Assembly (NCBI RefSeq): GCF_009914755.1
Contig: NC_060926.1
Source of the DNA: the human T2T-CHM13v2.0 reference genome, Homo sapiens
Reading direction: 5' to 3' (one strand)
Length of the DNA: 64,000 nt
In this document: piece by piece, positions 1 to 16,369 of the stretch
Position numbering within the stretch: position 1 is the first letter of the stretch
Layout of the letters: each line of letters starts with the position of its first letter
Program-made: the position numbers and the translations under genes
Notes under the pieces: generated by a model
What the model was told of the DNA's origin: nothing
Database searches by the model: none
What the model saw: only the letters and a program-made list of their open reading frames with translations

Positions 1-165
<165 letters not shown>

Positions 166-168
166 TCA

Positions 169-489
<321 letters not shown>

Positions 490-584
490 AATGTGGAATA
501 AATATCACAGGAATATACCAGTGTTAAAAGTGGTTGCCTCTGAGAACATCTGTTGGAACTAGAAAAGCTGATTTTTTGGTTATT

Positions 585-980
585 ATTTATTTTTTTTAAA
601 GATATTGATATTTATGTTATATATTCATGGGGTACATGTGATATTTCGTTACCTGTATAGAACGTGTAATGATCATGTCAGGGTGTTTTAGTACATTCAC
701 TTTGAGTATTCATCATTTCTATGTGTTGAGAAAAATCCAAGGCCTCTCTTCTAGCTACTTTATACCAATACAATACACTACTGTTAACTATAGTCAGTCT
801 ACTCTGCCGACTATGCCAATTCTGTTGGTATAAATAAGTTCCAACAATAGAACTTACACCTTTCATCTAACTTGCATGTTTGTACCTGTTTACCTCTCTC
901 TTCATCCCTCCTCCCAGCCCTGCACCCTTCCCAGCCTTTAGTATCTATCATTATACTCTGCCTTTACGAGATCAATTTTA
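585..980 (-). mobile_element. L1MA-type 3' end
   Basis: T-rich tail followed by ggggtacatgtgatattt...tgtaatgatca...ctgttaactatagtca, typical of the reverse-strand L1MA 3'UTR. Confidence 0.7.
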
Positions 981-1199
981 GGAAAGTTGACTTTAAAGAT
1001 CATTTAAGCTTTTTTTTTCCTCCTAATGAAGCCAAAAAATATATTCTGCAGCCAAAAGAAAAGAAGCTAAAGAATATTCTGGAAAAGAATAAAAATGAAC
1101 AAGTTCCAAAAAATATGTAAAAGTATCATAAAACTGCATTTATTAAAAAACATGAAGAACACATGAAGAGGCGAAAAACATGGAAAGAAACTCCTGGCC

Positions 1200-1750
1200 A
1201 CAGGATAATCTACTTTACAATACAGTTAGCATTGCAAGGCAGTAGGAGAAAGGCAGATGATACAATAAATGGTTGTGGACCATGTAATAAGCCATCCAAA
1301 GGAGAGGGAGAAGAAAAGTAGATCCCTTCCTCAGTGCCTGCCCTTAAAATCTAGATGCATCAACTTAAAGATCACAAATGAAATTGTAAAAATACTAGAA
1401 GACATGGCAGAATTGTTTTATAATCTTGGAGTAGGAAAGCCCTCTCTAAGAAACTCATAAAACCCTGAAGTCTTAAAGGAAGAGACTTAGCATTTTGGCC
1501 ACATAACAAAGATACTTTCTATACAACCAAATAAACATTGTAAATGATGTCAAAAGACAAACCAGGAAAGATTCTTGTCACGTATGACAGATATAACACA
1601 ATTTTACAGTTGTGTAAGAATCAACTGAAAATCAATAAGGAAAACATTGAAAACACAATTGAAAAATGGGCAAGGGTTTCGAACTGGCAATTCACAGAAT
1701 AAGAATAAACATGTATGTTCAAACTCACAATTTAAAATGCATTTTGAATA
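1200..1750 (+). mobile_element. Old L1M ORF2 3' fragment
   Basis: Degenerate matches such as aaaatactagaagac and ataatcttggagtaggaaagcc...ctaag; A-rich. Confidence 0.55.
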
Positions 1751-1844
1751 CCTGCAATCGCTCAAGCATCTGTCCCTAATTCTATTGACAATGATCTAGC
1801 AAAAGTTACAAGTGACTCAGCTGCCAAATATCAGAATATTCTAA

Positions 1845-2171
<327 letters not shown>

Positions 2172-2321
2172 AAATATTCTATAATAAACATATAATCATG
2201 TTGAAATGAGGCAGAAAAAGTTTAGAAAACTGGCAAAAATATTGATGAAGTTTTAAATATTAAGAAATGCTTTAAAAACCACATTACAAAACTGCATATA
2301 TAGTACATACTTCCAACTGTG

Positions 2322-2349
2322 ACACAAACACACACACACACACACACAA
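2322..2349. repeat. (CA)n microsatellite
   Basis: acacacacac run. Confidence 0.9.
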
Positions 2350-2549
2350 CAGACAACATAATGTAAATACATAGAAGAAAAACACAAAATCCAGACGTCA
2401 AAATATTAAGGGTGGTTGTTAACAATGGGTCAAGCGATTTTAATTCCTTCTCCAAGGTTTTCCATATTTACCAAATTCTCTATACTTTAAAATCAGACAT
2501 AGTTATGAGTATCTACAAAAAGTCTCCTCACCCAGACTTTTACGCTCAC

Positions 2550-2703
2550 CAGGAATAATGAAAATAAGCAGCTTAGGCCTTTTGACACTTTGATCATGAA
2601 AGAGGTCTGTCCAGGGCCCACATTTTAGAACCTGGGTTTCGGCTCCACCACACAAAATGAATTCCTCATGCACAGGAATTTCTTCCTTGAGTTCTGAGTC
2701 CAT
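2550..2703 (-). CDS. LDAH: LDAH first coding exon (exon 2 = 2550-2705; 51 codons + 1 nt), lipid droplet-associated serine hydrolase N-terminus
   Basis: Translation MDSELKEEIPVHEEFILCGGAETQVLKCGPWTDLFHDQSVKRPKLLIFIIPG recognised as the LDAH/C2orf43 N-terminus. Acceptor ttttctccccttatttAG|AAATG at 2706/2705; donor CCTG|GTGAGC at 2550/2549. The ORF-track extension to 2503 is intron read-through. Confidence 0.95.
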
Positions 2704-3116
2704 TTCTAAATAAGGGGAGAAAAGTAGTATGAAGAGTCAGTAAAATGTAAAACCTTGAGCCAAAGACAAAATTCAAGAATAAAAAAGGGCAAGTTTCAAT
2801 ATACCTAGAAGGAAATGCCACAAGGACATCTGGGAAACTATAAGACTATTCAGTGATGCTGGATTATACGATTGCAAGACACGTAAAACAAGCCACGAAA
2901 GTACTTAGAAAGGAGGAGACATATCCTTGGAAAAATGAAAGACTATAGAGGGGTTTGAGTCAAAACCGTAACTTCCACAAATTCCCTCTGCTAGAATTCT
3001 CTTTTAGCTCTGTGCATTACCATGAGACAGGTTCCCCTACCTTCACCTGGTGAGAAAGTGCAGAGGTTCTGGCTTGCCCTTGCATTCACTCCATAGAAGA
3101 GTAAGAGGGACAATGA

Positions 3117-3603
<487 letters not shown>

Positions 3604-4129
3604 TAAGCATATTTTATGTATTAAAGCACTACATTAAATTATGAAATGGATAGGTGGGAAAAAACCCAGGATATACTATCATGAACCATTTCCTGAGTAA
3701 TTAGTTATGTGCAAAAATGTAGGTCCCAATTATTTCTATCACTCCTCCACCTCTGCCTCTGCCTTCCTCATCTACTGACAGCACCAAATCTCAAACCTTC
3801 ATTGGTCTTTCTGTCTTTCTCTTCCCCTCTCTTCCACTCACTCAAAGCACTCCAGAGTTAAGATTCAAAGGGCCCTTCTAGCTTATTCTCCTCTTACCAC
3901 TTTACATCAGCCTTGCACTTTAGTCTTCTTGTCCTTGAATTTCCCTAGTGCCCCTACGCTTTTCTGCTTCTATAACTTTGCTCATATTTAATTCTCCAAC
4001 CATATTTAATCCCATAACTGTACTTTGTACAGCTATCAGTTTATTACCTCTCTACTCCAAATTCATTCTTCATTGTCTTATCTGGAAAAGTGGATCTGGG
4101 CCTTTAAAATATTTTTCATTTGCCAGTAT

Positions 4130-5172
4130 GACATGATGCTAAGCTCTGTCAATACAGTGCACTGGAAAGGGAGGGAAGGAGTTTTCTCAGCAGGTTTCTG
4201 GAGAGCTTATATTTTACCCCTCCACTGTTCCACTGCTGTGAGATTTCTCTATTGCAGTGGTTCACAACTAGAGACAATTTGCCCTCAGAGGACATATGGC
4301 AATATTTGGAGATTATTTTCCATTGTCATAACTTGGGGAACTACTGAGATACAGTGAATAGAGGCCAAGGATACTGCCAAATATCCTACAATACACAGGA
4401 CAGCTCCCCACAACAAATAATTATCCAGCCCTGAAGGTCAATAATGCCAAGGCTGAAAAACAACACTGCTGTAGTACTAGGTGCCTGCAGGGGAAAGCTT
4501 TCTCCAGCATCTGGCTAGCGGCTGTGTGCTTTCTTTCTCCAGCTCTCTACTCAGGCAGCAGCAGCACTATAGCCAGGAGCCCCAGACCAGGTGGCTACTC
4601 CCCAGCCCCTCTCCTCAAACCATATGCACCGGCTTGGCCAGCCAGCCACCTGACCTTTGTTCCACACAGCAGCTTGGTATACTGTCCTGCCCCAAGCTGT
4701 AAACAGCAGTGCTCTAGATTGCTACACAGGGAGGCCTCTCCAACTTGCAATTCCAGTGGTATCTAAAGTGGTGCTCCAACTCCTTCTACTAACTAGCCAA
4801 CCTCAACTCACTTGCACCCCAAGGGTTGTTACTGTGGCCCTGCCGCACTGCCCTGATTCCCTCTGCATGCTCTCCTACCAGTCTTAACTCACCTGCTCAC
4901 ACTGTGATTGTGCACCAGCGTTGGCTCAGACAACGCAGCAAATTTCTCTACCATCCAATGGGCTATAGCCACACTTTCAATGAGGTCTGAACCTCATTTC
5001 AATTCCGTCCTTCATTGGGTACTTTTCCTCAGCCCTAGGGTAACTTTTGGAGTTCTCCTTATAGAGTGACTTCATAGTTTTTCTCTTATCATACCCTAAT
5101 AATTCTTTAAGTTAAACTAACAATTTTAGTTACTATGTGGCTTCTGTCTTCTGATTTGATCCAGACTGATAT
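4130..5172 (+). mobile_element. Old ERVL-class solo LTR (LTR41/LTR33-like) interrupted by MER20
   Basis: ctaagctctgtcaatacagtgcactgg near the 5' part; terminus tgtggcttctgtcttctgatttgatccagactgata resembles ERVL LTR 3' ends. Confidence 0.45.
4255..4468 (+). mobile_element. MER20 (hAT-Charlie)
   Basis: cagtggttcacaac...ggacatatggcaatatttggaga...agaggccaaggatactgccaaatatcctacaatacacaggacagc... Confidence 0.85.
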
Positions 5173-8100
5173 ATCTCTCATGTGTCTGTGCAAATTTTTC
5201 TTTATAAATCTTTCCCTCATTATACACAGCTCAAATTCTATTTGTTACATGAAGCCTTCCTTGAGCACCCCAGGTAAACAAAGGAAATCACCTCTTCCTC
5301 TAAACTCACAGCATCTGTCTTTATTATAAGGTGGCAGTGGTAAAGGCACACAGCTAAGCTTCACCTGGTAAAATTTGTCATGTCATGCCACACTTTCCCA
5401 CAGCACCACAGACAAGCAACTGATGCAAGGGCTATGTGTCCCTGCCCAGATTGAACATCCTAAGGCAAATGCAATGTTGGCTAGGTTGTAGTGAAATGGG
5501 AAATTCCACACATTGATGGTAATCATAAAAATGGCTTTGCAAAGCAATCTGGCAGCATGGATCAATACTCATAAAAGGTATAAACTTTGATTCAGTCATT
5601 CAATTCTGAAAAAAACCTAAAATATTTTAAGACTGATGCATGGAATGCTAATTATAACAGTGAAAAGCTGAAAAAACTAAATGGTCATGGATAGATGAAT
5701 GCTTAATTATGATAACCCATTATCAGACACTAAAAAAATTATATATATGACTCGATATTAAGGAATAATTAAATAAATTGTAACTCAATATAATGATCAA
5801 ATATTATGTTCCATCAAAACTGCTCTAAGTTGGTTATAATTTATGCATTTCTTTTCTAACATTTCTAAAATTTCACTTCTCTAGCCTGATGTTATATTGC
5901 CTCTTTCATTCTCTTTGTTTATTCCTTTATTGTTTATTCTGTTAATTTAGTGAATTTAGGAAGAAATAAACATATTTATTCTAACCTCTATGTTTAACCA
6001 AAAGTCCAAAACTGATTCTCTTAAGAATACTTAGAAAAATGAAAAATCCCCACTTAGAAAGTGGAGACCACTGTCCATTAAAAATATATGGACTAAATAA
6101 AGTATCACTTCATATTTTCTTATGGACTGAATTTTTACTTCACTAATAAATGCCACTGTAGCCCATTCTCCAAAACTATCACAAACTACAGTATATTTAT
6201 GTAAGTTCTGACCTTTATAATGTGTTAGAAACAATATTAGATTTAGCACTAAACACTATATTAAATTAGAGCACTGACTGAGAAGACACTGGCCAAACTG
6301 AATACCTTCACCAGAAGAGAATTTAAAGTTATTAACTATAAAGTTGTTAAATATATTCAAATCATAAATATCAATACTTAACTTCAAGTAAATGACATTG
6401 TGGGAGCTTGATTAGCCACAAAATTAGTGAGAATTCAACTAGATATGAAAATCAAGCTCAGTCTATAAACATTGGAAAACAAAAAAGTACAACTCTAACA
6501 CCTCAAATAAAATAAGCTGAGAAACATGGAATTAAAATGCTGGCTAGCTGCTGTATAGCTTCCCCTGTAGGCACCTAATTCCATGTATTTATAAAGCATC
6601 GTTTATTTTACTTCACTCTCGTATTTCTGAATCTCACACACCCACGTAAAAGCAGCAATGGAAAATCTGAGGCACGAGAATTAAAACTCTTCCCTACCTA
6701 AGAATCCAAGGTAGTTCAGTTCTGCAAATAACTGTCAGATTAACAAAGGAGAGTACGTTGTAATTATATACTGGTAAAGGATAATGGCACGCCTTCAGCC
6801 TCAGCCCATAAGCAATCTTTAATAAAATCAATTTTCATAAGCAGTAAGACTTGTGCTGGATAAAAACCAAGCGTGCATACAATCTGTGCAACTTAGGCAA
6901 GCCTATTTTCTTAAATATAGGTTTTAATTTGCTTAATGGGCTTCTAATTTTATTTAGTAAGAGGGTTTTTTCCAATTAAATCTCATACAAACCTAGATAA
7001 TTTGACTAGTATAAATTTTAGAGGTTCAAATTTATAATATTTGTTATACTATTTATAATACAAACATATAAAGTCATGGGCTGATTTATTTATATGTTTA
7101 AATATATACTTAGTATACATTAAGTGATTCTATGTAAATATAATATTTATTTATTATAAAGTTAGCCATTGAGAACAGTAAGACTGTACTAATAAATAAA
7201 ATATTTGAAAGTGGAGTTATAAATAATACATCTTAATCAGCTTCAGCAAACAGTAAAATGTCTGCATTTTACTTTGGCTACTTGGTAATACTGCTTTATT
7301 CATGTAAGAACTGTAGATGATAACAACTTTTTTAAGGTTTGTGTTGCAATGTCCAAATAGTTTTCAATTAAATGTCCAGACAGTCTTTCAAAAAAACTTG
7401 AAAAAGAGGTAATAAGATGGTTTTCTTTCCAAGTTAAAGTACCAACAATATCCAGTCATAACTTACATTATTTATTACATATGTAAGATGAACAGGAAGC
7501 TTCTAAAACTTCCTCAAATGCCAAAAACTTTAAACATAATAATATTAAATGTGGACCATTCTGTGGACTCTGTTATTGTGCCACGATGACACAGAGCAGA
7601 GCATATACTTTGCATGTGTCTGAACCTTCATTAGTGCTATTCCTAGGCACTAGTATTAAACCTACTTGGAAAATATATGGTGACTGGTCAAGTGCAGGTT
7701 TGACTTTTAAAGGCCCAGGGCAGAAAAACAAAATTTTTAATTGGTAACAGAAGTTTTACTTTAGTCATTTTTTAAAATTGGCCTAGAAGCCAACATAAAC
7801 ATGCTGGTGATCTGTACATCCCAAATAATCTTCCATTGAGAACAATTAGAAAAGCCAGAAAACCTTTTTAAAAATGTTAAAAAAAATCCATAACCACTGA
7901 AAGAATTTATAAGACTGTATAACAAATTAATAAAATATAGAAAATAATTAATATAGAAATAAGCAGAAAGCAGAGAAGCAATAGAGAATAGAAAATAGGA
8001 CACAAAATGTATGAAATGCAGATAAAGATACGAATGCAGGAAAATTCAAAGTTTTGAAATGCATATATTAGAAAACAAGGCTGCAAATAAAGGACTTAGC

Positions 8101-9619
8101 CATTTGGCCTAAGGAATTAGAAAAAAAATAAATGAATCCAAATAAAGAAAATAGAAAAAAGATAATAATGAAGAGTAGATATTAATGAAATAGGAAAAAA
8201 AGTTTACATTAGAGAGGATTAGCAAACCCAAAAGTTTTTACTTTGAAAACACCTATAAATAAGTAAACCCTTGACTTCTCAAGAAAAGAGATGGTACAAT
8301 CAATCAATATCAGAAGTGAAAAAAGGATATCACTCCAGATTCTACAGACATCAAAAAATAATAAACAAATATGAAGAAATGTATGCCAATAAACTTGACA
8401 TGGGCAAATTCCAAAACAAACAAACAAACAAAAAAACCAAACCCAACAGATACAAAAAGAAAACAGACTAGAAGACTCTTAATAAACTTATATTTTAAGA
8501 CAAAATTCTTGGTCCAGATGAAATTAACACCTAAGGAAGGAATAATACCAATTTTACATACAGTTGTCCAGAGAATAGAAAAAGAGGGACACTTCCCAAC
8601 TCATTTTATGCAATCAGCAATTCTTTGTAATTTTTACTTTAAAATGTACATTATAATTAAGGTTGAGATAGATGCAAAAACTATTCAAAATATTAGCAGA
8701 CCAAATCTAGTGCTATACAAAAGGGTAATAGATGACAACTAAATTGTGTATATATCAGAAATGAGAAGTTGTTTAAATATTCAAAATTTAATCAGTTTAA
8801 GTTACCACATTAACAGAATAAAGAAAACTTATATAATCATCTCAATTGATACAGAAAATATTTCATAAAATCCAATAGTCATGAAAAAATTCTTAACAAG
8901 TGAGAAATAAAGAAATCTTTTATAAAATATAAATATGAAATTCATTTTTTTCATATAATACAAGTATTAAAAATCTTCAGTAAATGTTTACTAAGGGTAA
9001 AATATTGAAACCCTCTCTGAGTTTGGGATCAAGATATGGAGGTCTGCTATCAACACTTCTATACTTGAGGTCTCAGCCAATGCAATAAGAAAACAAAAAA
9101 AGATATAAATATATTTAGATTGGATAGGAAGAAAGTGTGATTATTCACAAACATGATGACATACATAGAAAATGCAAAAAAAAAAAAACCCTTACATATA
9201 TTATTTGAATTAATAAGTGAATGCAACATGGTCATTAGCTAAAAGGTCAATATATGAAAATCAAATATATTTCTACATACCAGCAACAAACAATTTGAAA
9301 ATAAAACATAAAAGAGACCACTTATAACAGCATCAAAAAAATCAAATACTTAGGAATAAATCTAACAAATGATGTGCAAGACCTCTACACAGAAAGCTAC
9401 GTGGTTTGCTGGATATTACTGAGAGAAATTAAATAACGAGGGGACAAACTGTATTCGTGAACTGGAAGTCTCACTAGTATAAACTCCAAATTAATTCTTA
9501 GATTTGTAAAATTCCAATCCAAATCAGGTCTTTTCCCTTTCCTTTTTTTAAAAATGGAAATTGTTAAGCTAATTCTAATATGTATGTGGAAGTGTAAAAA
9601 GTCAAGAATAACAAGACAA

Positions 9620-9960
<341 letters not shown>

Positions 9961-10350
9961 TTACCCTATATCCAGGTTTAATAAAAATATACCATTATTG
10001 AAGACAACATAGACAAAACAGTGGACAAGAACAGGGAATCCAGAAACAAATCCAAAGATATATCTTCATGATTCATGACAATGGCGTTCATGCAGAGGAG
10101 TAAGGAAAACAAGGTCTTTCAAATAAATGATGCTGGTTCAACTGGATATCCATGTGGAAAATAAATGAATCTTGACTCCTTTCTCACACCACAGACAAAA
10201 TATAGTACTAGGTATATTATAGATCTAAATGTGAAACGTGAACAATAAAGCTTCCAAAAGATAACATTGGAACATACCTTTATGAGCTTAGGGTGGCCAA
10301 AGGTTTCGTAAACAAGGTAATAGTAAACATGAGCCATAAAGGAAAAGACT

Positions 10351-10694
<344 letters not shown>

Positions 10695-11230
10695 TTAGCA
10701 AAAGACACTATTAAGAGAGTCAGAAGGCAAGTCACAGAGTGGGAGAACACTATACATATACACACACACATATATACACATATGTATAGTATTCTGAAAA
10801 CGAGCCTGTTGTTAGGAAATATATATATACACACAGGATATAAAAATAGATTTTTGTCCCAACATGCACATATCCAGAATTTACAAAGAACTTTTACAAA
10901 TCAGTAAGAGACAACTCAATAGAAAAATGATATTTGAACAGGCACTTCACAAAAGAGACTATCAGCGAATAAACATAAGGGCTTTCTAGAAGAGTAAAAG
11001 AATACTGATACAGAAACTATAAATAAAATACCATTCAGGGAGGAGACTGATTTGCTGGATATGTATAGGCCAATACCGAAGCTGTCCTACTGTTCACTAT
11101 GAAGGCCTTGAATGGCAAGCTAAAAAATTAGAAAACCAGAAATTCCACAAACAGGTTTTCCAAGGAACATGTATCACAAGCTACCAGTTACCATACTTAA
11201 GAAAATAAAGTGTTCTCAGGAAACATTGGG

Positions 11231-11830
11231 TGTTCCAGTTACTCTCGCTATCTAAAATATTACTTTAAAACTTAGTGGCTTAAGACAACCATTTACTATG
11301 CTTATGGATTCTGTGGGTCAGGAATTCAGAAAGGGCACAACAAAGATAGCCTATCTCTGATCCAAAGTCTGGGGCCTTAGCTGAGAAAACTCAAGAACTG
11401 GGTGTGATCTGATCACTGGAGGCAGGAGTCATCTGGAAGTATCTTTGTTCATATGCTTGGTGACTGATGCTGTTGTCACATAGGCTGTTGGCCTGGAACA
11501 CCTGCATGTGCCTTCTCCATTTGGCCTGCCAATATGGGCTACTTAAGCTTCTTCAGAAAATGGTGGCTTGGTTCCAAGAGCAAATGTCTCAAGAGTACCA
11601 GATTAAAGTTGTATCACCTTTTATGACCTACCCTCAAAAGTCACATAGCATCACTTCCATGTTAGACAGAAGCCCATCAATATTCAAAGACAGCATGTTC
11701 TTTGTACAATATGACTGTGACATTTCTACTGAGAGGGGTCAGTAGAAGAAGTGTCAAAGTCATATTGTAAAAAGAACATGTGGTATGGGAGTTACTATTG
11801 TGGCCATCTTTGGAAAACACAATCTGCAAA
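11231..11830 (-). mobile_element. MLT1 (ERVL-MaLR) LTR
   Basis: aaaacttagtggcttaagacaaccatttact...ggattctgtgggtcaggaattcag...ggccatctttggaaaa. Confidence 0.75.
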
Positions 11831-11932
11831 GTTAAGTTAAACACAAAGGCACATAAGCTTTACTTCTGAGGAACTTTTTCAAAGCACACCGATAAGAACT
11901 GAGAATGCTTTAGAGGGGGACATAGTATACAA

Positions 11933-12555
<623 letters not shown>

Positions 12556-12724
12556 ACTCAACCTTCTAAAAACTGATTTGACTATATTTCATTAATGGTG
12601 ATCCTACTAATCTCTCTCATTAATACCTCATCTCCTTCCTCAGAACAGTTTGGGAAGATGTTGGAGGAAAGATAATCTGGTGGATTTAAAAGGCAGAGGG
12701 ACTGGATTAACTGGATTAAACTAG

Positions 12725-13023
<299 letters not shown>

Positions 13024-14059
13024 TAAACTAGTTCTTTTAAGAGGACTATGAAAGACAGAAAAAACACAAGATTACACTAGAGTTTGGCAGCTATCAAAAT
13101 AATCTTGTTTAGATTATTTCAAAATATCCTGTTTAGATTATTTTGATAATAATCAATCAAATGTAGGCAAGAGTGGGAATGAAAAAGGAGTGAATGAGAG
13201 TCTTGGTAATGATATGGAGAACCAGGGAAGGGAAAGGGGCAGAGATGACAGATTTTGATGCCAAAGATGAGGGGAATGAAAGCACTCCTCACATACATAT
13301 AGGGGGAAATGTAAAAGAAGGGAATTTAGTGGGAGGAAAGGAAGCTGGGATTAGTTACAAATGTAGTTTAAGTTTCAAGAAAATAAGGAACAAGGCCAGA
13401 AGACAATGTGAGCCACAGAACTAAAGCTCAAGAGAGAACAAAGTAGACATACAGTTTCTCCAGCAGCTTCTTAAAGAAATTCTCTATTTTGGCTTCTATG
13501 CCACCTCCCAGTCCTCAATGGGAACCTTTTCCTCTCCTATTCCCTGTCCCCAAAGTTTCTGCCCTGGATTCCCTTCTCTATATGCTCTCCCCTGGAGATT
13601 ACATCCACTTCGAGAATTAGCCAAGTGAGAGAATCCTTTATATCTACTTCTCAAGTTCCTGTCAAGTTTTTCCAGCTATTGAGCATTTTCATCTGGGTGC
13701 CTCATTGATGCATAAAACTTCTGCAGAGCAAGTATCAAAATCATCTTGTTTTAAAAATCAACCCTATAAACCCTACATCATGACTTCTCTGCTGCCATAT
13801 ATGGACTAATATTCTCCCAGTCACCCTAATTCAAAAGCTTCTTTGGCAACCCCTGCTATATTTTGGGAGCAATATCCATAGGTAAGGAAAAAAGATATCA
13901 GCAAAATAAAAAGGAACAATTAGAAACAGGCATTAACTAAGACATGTAAAGTAATGTAAGCCAGTGAGGAGTGTTTCAAGAAAGTGGCAGGATGGTGATA
14001 AAGTTTTAAAAATAGATATTAACAAATGTCCAAGAGCGTAAGAACCAAGGCAACAGTAA

Positions 14060-14312
14060 GAACTAATAACTGAGAGTGCTTTCTGTAAGCCAGGTACTGT
14101 GCTAAGCACTTAACAGATGCTATCTAAATTTAATCCTGATGACAACCCTATAGATGGGTACTATTATTTCATCCTCCCACCCCAAGAAAATATGTGAGAA
14201 AATTGATTCAAAGACATTACGCAATTTGCCTAAGTCACACAGCTAGTAAGTTGTAAAGTGGCAGAGTCAGAATTTGAATCCAGAAATGTCTGAAAGATTC
14301 CAGAGCTCATGT
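14060..14312 (-). mobile_element. MIR
   Basis: ccaggtactgtgctaagcact...tttaatcct...aagtcacacagctagtaag...ggcagagtcagaatttgaatccag. Confidence 0.75.
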
Positions 14313-14329
14313 TCTTTATTTTTAAAATT

Positions 14330-15420
14330 CTACTTATATGCATATATATAATTTCACTTATATGGATAAATGAGATATAATGCATGCTGTGATTTTTCTA
14401 AACAATTTTTTAACCTTTTGCATCATGCCTCCACTCTACCTCTCCTCCTTACCATCCATATCTCTCCCAAACCCATGTTATTAACTTAGTATAGTCTTCC
14501 ATATTCTTCTATAATTATACACAAATATATGTTAAGCATTTATGTATTTTTTCATGAATGAGTTGCCAGTGTTTGACAAATAGTAGCATATTATATATAC
14601 TTCTATGCATTTTGCTTTCATACTTAATAACATATGGATATCCTGCCAAGTCAAAGAGTTTATATAAGTAATTCATTTTTAATGGTTCCATAATGTGGAT
14701 ATACCATAAGTTATATGACCATCTCCCTGGTGCCAAGCACTCAATTAGTTCCCAGTTTTTTCAGAACAATGCTGCAATAAGTACCCTTAAATACCTATGT
14801 TCTCACATACATTCATATCTACCAGTGCTTTTGTTTTTATAGGCCAGATTGCCAAGTGTGAAATTACTGGTTGAATTTTAATAGATGTTGCCAGATTATT
14901 CTCAAAAAAAGAATGTAATTCTTTTAGCGATGTAGAATGGTATCTTTCCCTCTGCAACCCTATCATCACTAAGTGATACCACACTTTGTAAGTCTTACAG
15001 TCTTTGGATATAAAATACCTTACTCTTTAATTTGCATTTCACTGACTACAAGTGTGTTTAAGCATTTTTTCATGTTTGTTAGCTTTTTAGACTATCTTTT
15101 CTGTAAATTGTCTCTTCATATCATTTGTCTAGGTTCCAAGTGAGTTATCTTTTTCTTATCAGTCTGTAAGAAAACTTTGTATAATGCAGATACTAACTCT
15201 TTTCTGGGTTTCCATATTTTACATATTGTTTCCCAGATGTCTATTTTAATTTTTATTAGTCTCTACTTCTAAACCTTTAATCCATTATATAAGGATCCAA
15301 CTTTATTTTCTTTCAGATGGAAAGCTACTTGTGTTAATACCACTGTAATACAGAAACCATCTTTTCCCCCACTAAATTAACATATATTATTTTTCATGCA
15401 TTAACTTTTCATACTTACTG
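14330..15420 (-). mobile_element. Old L1ME fragment
   Basis: aacaatgctgcaata, tttaatttgcatttc, agcattttttcatgtttgtt reverse-strand L1 3' motifs. Confidence 0.6.
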
Positions 15421-15689
15421 AGAAAGAGCTTTTTAATCACAATGTTATACTGTCAGTGAGTCTGACAATGGGGGGGGGGGTCCATGGTTTATTTTTAATT
15501 ATATTGTAGGGATAGGAATCAAACTGATAAACCTCAGCAGTCAATATAACCTAAATCTCAAGTATGGCCACTGAAAGTTACCTGTTCTACTTAATTTTTG
15601 TTTTTTCTTAGATTTACCTAATTTGTCATCTATGTAAAATCTTCAGTATTCTTCAAGGGAAATGAAGGAAAGGAGAAAGAACTTTTTGA

Positions 15690-15917
15690 TTTTTTATTTA
15701 TTTTTATTATTATTTTTGAGATAGGATCTCACTTTGTCACCCAGGCTGGAATACAGGGGCACAATCTTCGCTCACTGCAGCCTCAACCTTCTGGGCTCAA
15801 GTGATCCTCCAGCCTCCGCCCCACAAGTAGCTGAGACTATAGGCACACACCACCATGCCTGGCTAACTTTTTGTATTTTTGGTAGAGAAGGGGTTTCACC
15901 ATGTTGCCTAGGCTGGA
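15690..15917 (-). mobile_element. AluJ (partial)
   Basis: ctcactgcagcctcaaccttctgggctcaagtgatcctcc. Confidence 0.85.
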
Positions 15918-16369
15918 AGAAATAGCTTTTTAAATCTGAAACTATATGACAACTTTAAAAGTTTTAGTGAAGTAAATATAAATTTTTCATTTCATCTTCA
16001 TTCCTGGTTCCTTTTCTCTAATTTCAAAATTCCTACTTTACCTGTCAGTGAGATACTACAGACAATTTTCAATTTGCCAAGGCCTAAATTCTCTTCTCCA
16101 TTTCCTTCCCCATTTCCCTTTTATTAGGGCCTGTAACAAGGAATTACCTGAGACAAAAAGAGAAAAAAATTATGTATGTTCATGCTTCATCTGCTAATTA
16201 CAGAGATAACTCTGCAGAGGTTTAAAATCTTGAGTAACATTAGTTCATATATACAAATAACCTAAAACTGTTACTAGTTTTTCCAAGAAATTCCATGTAT
16301 ATTGAAAGTAGCTCTCCTTGAAGGATGAAATGTTTTAAAAAGTAAGAACCAAAAATAATTATAAAATAG

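Noticed and set aside
2503-2549. C-terminal extension ERKSLGEETFCRYS of the 66-aa ORF
   Set aside because: Lies past the consensus donor at 2550/2549, so it is intron read-through
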